A stretch of 64,000 nt of DNA from an uncultured delta proteobacterium. GTDB taxonomy: Bacteria; Myxococcota; B64-G9. Below are positions 61,588 to 64,000 of the stretch, one piece after another. Below the pieces are notes generated by a model. That model was not told the DNA's origin. It did no database searches and saw only the letters and a list, made by a program, of their open reading frames with translations. Numbering within the stretch: the stretch's first letter is position 1; every line of letters starts with the position of its first letter. The stretch is from assembly GCA_963754925.1 (NCBI GenBank), contig CAVWHX010000003.1, positions 384,001 through 448,000 on the forward strand. Direction: 5' to 3'. A program made the translations under genes and the position numbers.

Positions 61588-61621
61588 GGTCCCTTACGGT
61601 GCAACTCGCGACACCCGCGGC

Positions 61622-62293
61622 TCAGACAATCCCCGGGGTAATGTTATCTCCCTGTGACACGGCTTTGCGAATTTCATCAATCAGCATCGACTCGGGAATA
61701 GCGCCCACGACCGAATACTTTTCGTTGATGATGGTAACCGGCACACCCTGAACGCTGTATTTCACCGCCAGATAGGGAAACTCCGAGATCTCAACCATAT
61801 CGGCGCGCACGTTGGGGTTTGCGAGAGAAAATCGGTGCGCGGTGCGCACCGCGACCGGGCAGTAGGGGCAGGTGGGCGATACCATCACCTGCAGGTGAAC
61901 CGGTTTGGTCACCTTGGCAAGCTCTGCTTTGAGCGGCGCCGCAAGCGATACATCGCGACGCGCGACGTCTATCAGGTCCTCGATCAACGTGGTAAATTCA
62001 TAACCAGCTGGAATGCCATAAAAGCGAATGCCGGTATCGCGCTCACCTACCAAAGCAATCGCCGGTATCTTGTCTATGCCGTACAGCTTTGCGGTGTCGG
62101 CGTCTTTGACATAGTCGTACACCTCAAGTTTGAATTTTGGCGATAGCGAGCAAATCTCATCGATCAATTCGTGGGTGACCTTACAGAATTGACATTCTAT
62201 CTCTTGGGTGAAGAAAATTATTTTTACCTCATGGGGAAGATCCTCAAAAAGCTTGCTCAGCTGTTGGCGATCTTTTTCACTTATCAGCGCCAT
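61622..62293 (-). CDS. Protein-disulfide oxidoreductase with two thioredoxin folds (PDO / AhpF-NTD-like)
   Basis: CQFC and CPYC, RFYGIPAGYEF, GVP. Confidence 0.9.
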   Translation of the reverse strand: MALISEKDRQQLSKLFEDLPHEVKIIFFTQEIECQFCKVTHELIDEICSLSPKFKLEVYDYVKDADTAKLYGIDKIPAIALVGERDTGIRFYGIPAGYEFTTLIEDLIDVARRDVSLAAPLKAELAKVTKPVHLQVMVSPTCPYCPVAVRTAHRFSLANPNVRADMVEISEFPYLAVKYSVQGVPVTIINEKYSVVGAIPESMLIDEIRKAVSQGDNITPGIV

Positions 62294-62317
62294 GACAAAA
62301 ACCTCCTAAAGAGACCC

Positions 62318-63316
62318 TCAAATCAATCGGTTCTTAACTAAATACTCGTGGGCCGAGAGCGCCGCCTTGGCGCCCTCCCCTCCGGCAATGATAATCTGTT
62401 TGTGGGGAACCGTCGTCACATCACCGGCCCCGAACACTCCAGGAACGCTCGTATGGCACGTACAATCGACGATTACCTCAGAGGCGTCGTTGAGTTTAAC
62501 CAAACCTTTGACGGCCTCGGAATTCGGAATAAGCCCGATCTCGACAAAAACACCGTCAACCGGCAGCAGCTCTACTCCATCATTGGTTAGATCACGAATC
62601 CGCACGCCGGTAACTCGCTCCGTACCTTCAATGGAGACAATCCGTCGTTGATTGAGAAAGGTTACGCGGTCTTTCGCTTTGCGAACGTCTTCGATCATGA
62701 TCGGATCCGCCTGCCAGTCCGACGCAATGTTTACCAACGTAACGTGGTTGGCCAACTTTACAAGATCCAAGGCAGCAGTAATTGCTGAGTTTCCTCCGCC
62801 AGCGATGGCCACACGCTTGTCCTTGTAAAACGGCGCATCGCAGGTGGCGCAGTAGGCCACCCCTCGACCAACGAGCTCGGTTTCTCCGGGAACCCCCAAG
62901 GTCCGATCGCGCTTGCCGGTGGCAATAATGACCGTCCGAGAGCGGAAGGAAAGCCCACTCTCTATTCGGCTTTCAAACAACTCACCGTTCTTACGCACCG
63001 CGACAACCTTTTGACCTAACTGAACCGGAATCGAGAACTGCTTCAGCTGTTCAATAAAACGATCCGTGAGTTCTTTACCGGTAATACTTTGAAAACCAAG
63101 GTAATTCTCAATTTGCGAGGTCCACGCGACCTGGCCGCCGTAGTCTTTCGTAAGCAAGGCTATTTTGAGCAGTTTACGGGCGGCGTAAATTACGGCAGAC
63201 ATGGCCGCCGGCCCGCCGCCGAGAATCAACACATCATAGGTCATCGCGGGGTCGGGCGCAGGTTGTTTATCCAGCGACGACATATTGAGAACGAGCTGCG
63301 GCAACTCCATCGGCAT
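62318..63316 (-). CDS. trxB: Thioredoxin-disulfide reductase
   Basis: GGGPA, IENYLG, CATCD, GGGNSA, GAGDVT. Confidence 0.85.
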   Translation of the reverse strand: MPMELPQLVLNMSSLDKQPAPDPAMTYDVLILGGGPAAMSAVIYAARKLLKIALLTKDYGGQVAWTSQIENYLGFQSITGKELTDRFIEQLKQFSIPVQLGQKVVAVRKNGELFESRIESGLSFRSRTVIIATGKRDRTLGVPGETELVGRGVAYCATCDAPFYKDKRVAIAGGGNSAITAALDLVKLANHVTLVNIASDWQADPIMIEDVRKAKDRVTFLNQRRIVSIEGTERVTGVRIRDLTNDGVELLPVDGVFVEIGLIPNSEAVKGLVKLNDASEVIVDCTCHTSVPGVFGAGDVTTVPHKQIIIAGGEGAKAALSAHEYLVKNRLI

Positions 63317-63444
63317 GCTCCCTTCGTGCATATACGGTAATCAGTGGAAACAATATGTCAAATGACGTGTTACTGTTCAAGGATATTTAGTTTGATAATA
63401 AAGATGTTAGAATACTACCCGGCAAAAGGGTCACTGGCTCGATC

Positions 63445-63906
63445 ATGCTGTTGAAAACAGATTATTCCTCGGAGATCAGACAGTGCTTGCGTAAAGGCGA
63501 GCACGGCGATTTTTACCACTCGCACAACCAACCGCGGGAAATCCCACGATCCGATCATACAACGGCCAGCGGCCGTGCACTGCTCTGTAAGATGTGCGGT
63601 CACGCGATTACCCGCACAGAAGCCGCGACCGAAGTGAGCGGTAAGCACCTTCACACTTTTTTCAATCCTGCCGGACTGTTATTCGAGATCGGGTGTTTTG
63701 CCGTTGCCCCTGGTTGCCACAATGAAGGCCAGCCGACCGATTTCTTTAGTTGGTTTTTAGGCTGCCTTTGGCGCTACTCCTTCTGTGGCCGATGCTACAG
63801 CCATCTTGGCTGGCAATTTCTGCCTAAGAACGCTCCCCCATTCTGGGGACTCATACAAAATCTACTAGTGGAAGGCGAGGCGTCGGAGGAAAAACCATTA
63901 GATTAG
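63445..63906 (+). CDS. Cereblon (CULT domain) family protein
   Basis: CKMC..CGRC zinc ligands, FNPAG..F, FSWF.G..W, HLGW.F. Confidence 0.88.
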   Translation: MLLKTDYSSEIRQCLRKGEHGDFYHSHNQPREIPRSDHTTASGRALLCKMCGHAITRTEAATEVSGKHLHTFFNPAGLLFEIGCFAVAPGCHNEGQPTDFFSWFLGCLWRYSFCGRCYSHLGWQFLPKNAPPFWGLIQNLLVEGEASEEKPLD

Positions 63907-64000
63907 TTTACCTCAGCGGATTCCTTTTGAATAGTCTTGTGTTCTGTCGATCGGGTTTCATAAGCAAATTTGAGCTTATTATCGCTCTCATCCACCGTCA

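Overview
Chromosomal window from a GC-rich Gram-negative bacterium, most likely Myxococcota/deltaproteobacterial (PrkA-type ATPase, myxosortase-like CPBP protease, DUF507, PilZ, Cys-rich lipoprotein). Housekeeping arms (pyrC, S1-domain protein, cyclophilin, M16/M23/M50 peptidases, TonB receptor; mscL, archaeal-type pheST, uvrBC, cysS, ispDF, trxB plus PDO, cereblon) flank a mosaic island (~19.3-38.5 kb) that abuts the 3' end of tmRNA, where a tyrosine-integrase C-terminal relic survives. The island has three near-identical sigma54 promoter/IHF/UAS modules with a PAS-PAS-AAA+ activator, heading membrane-stress genes (FtsH, HdeD, two DUF1269, site-2 protease, rhomboid, PRC-barrel, RRM). It also has three copies of an unassigned 50-95 bp element that starts at a sharp CCT boundary just after a cargo gene's stop codon; two copies form inverted ends around an 11.6 kb block. 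Elsewhere: three tRNAs, a 160-bp MITE with an 8-bp target duplication, a covarying stop-codon-anchored hairpin family, REP-like palindromes and a CysRS zinc-ribbon insertion. Six +1 homopolymer frameshifts are probably sequencing errors. No CRISPR array or intact transposase/integrase was seen. All family calls rest on motif recognition; no searches were run.
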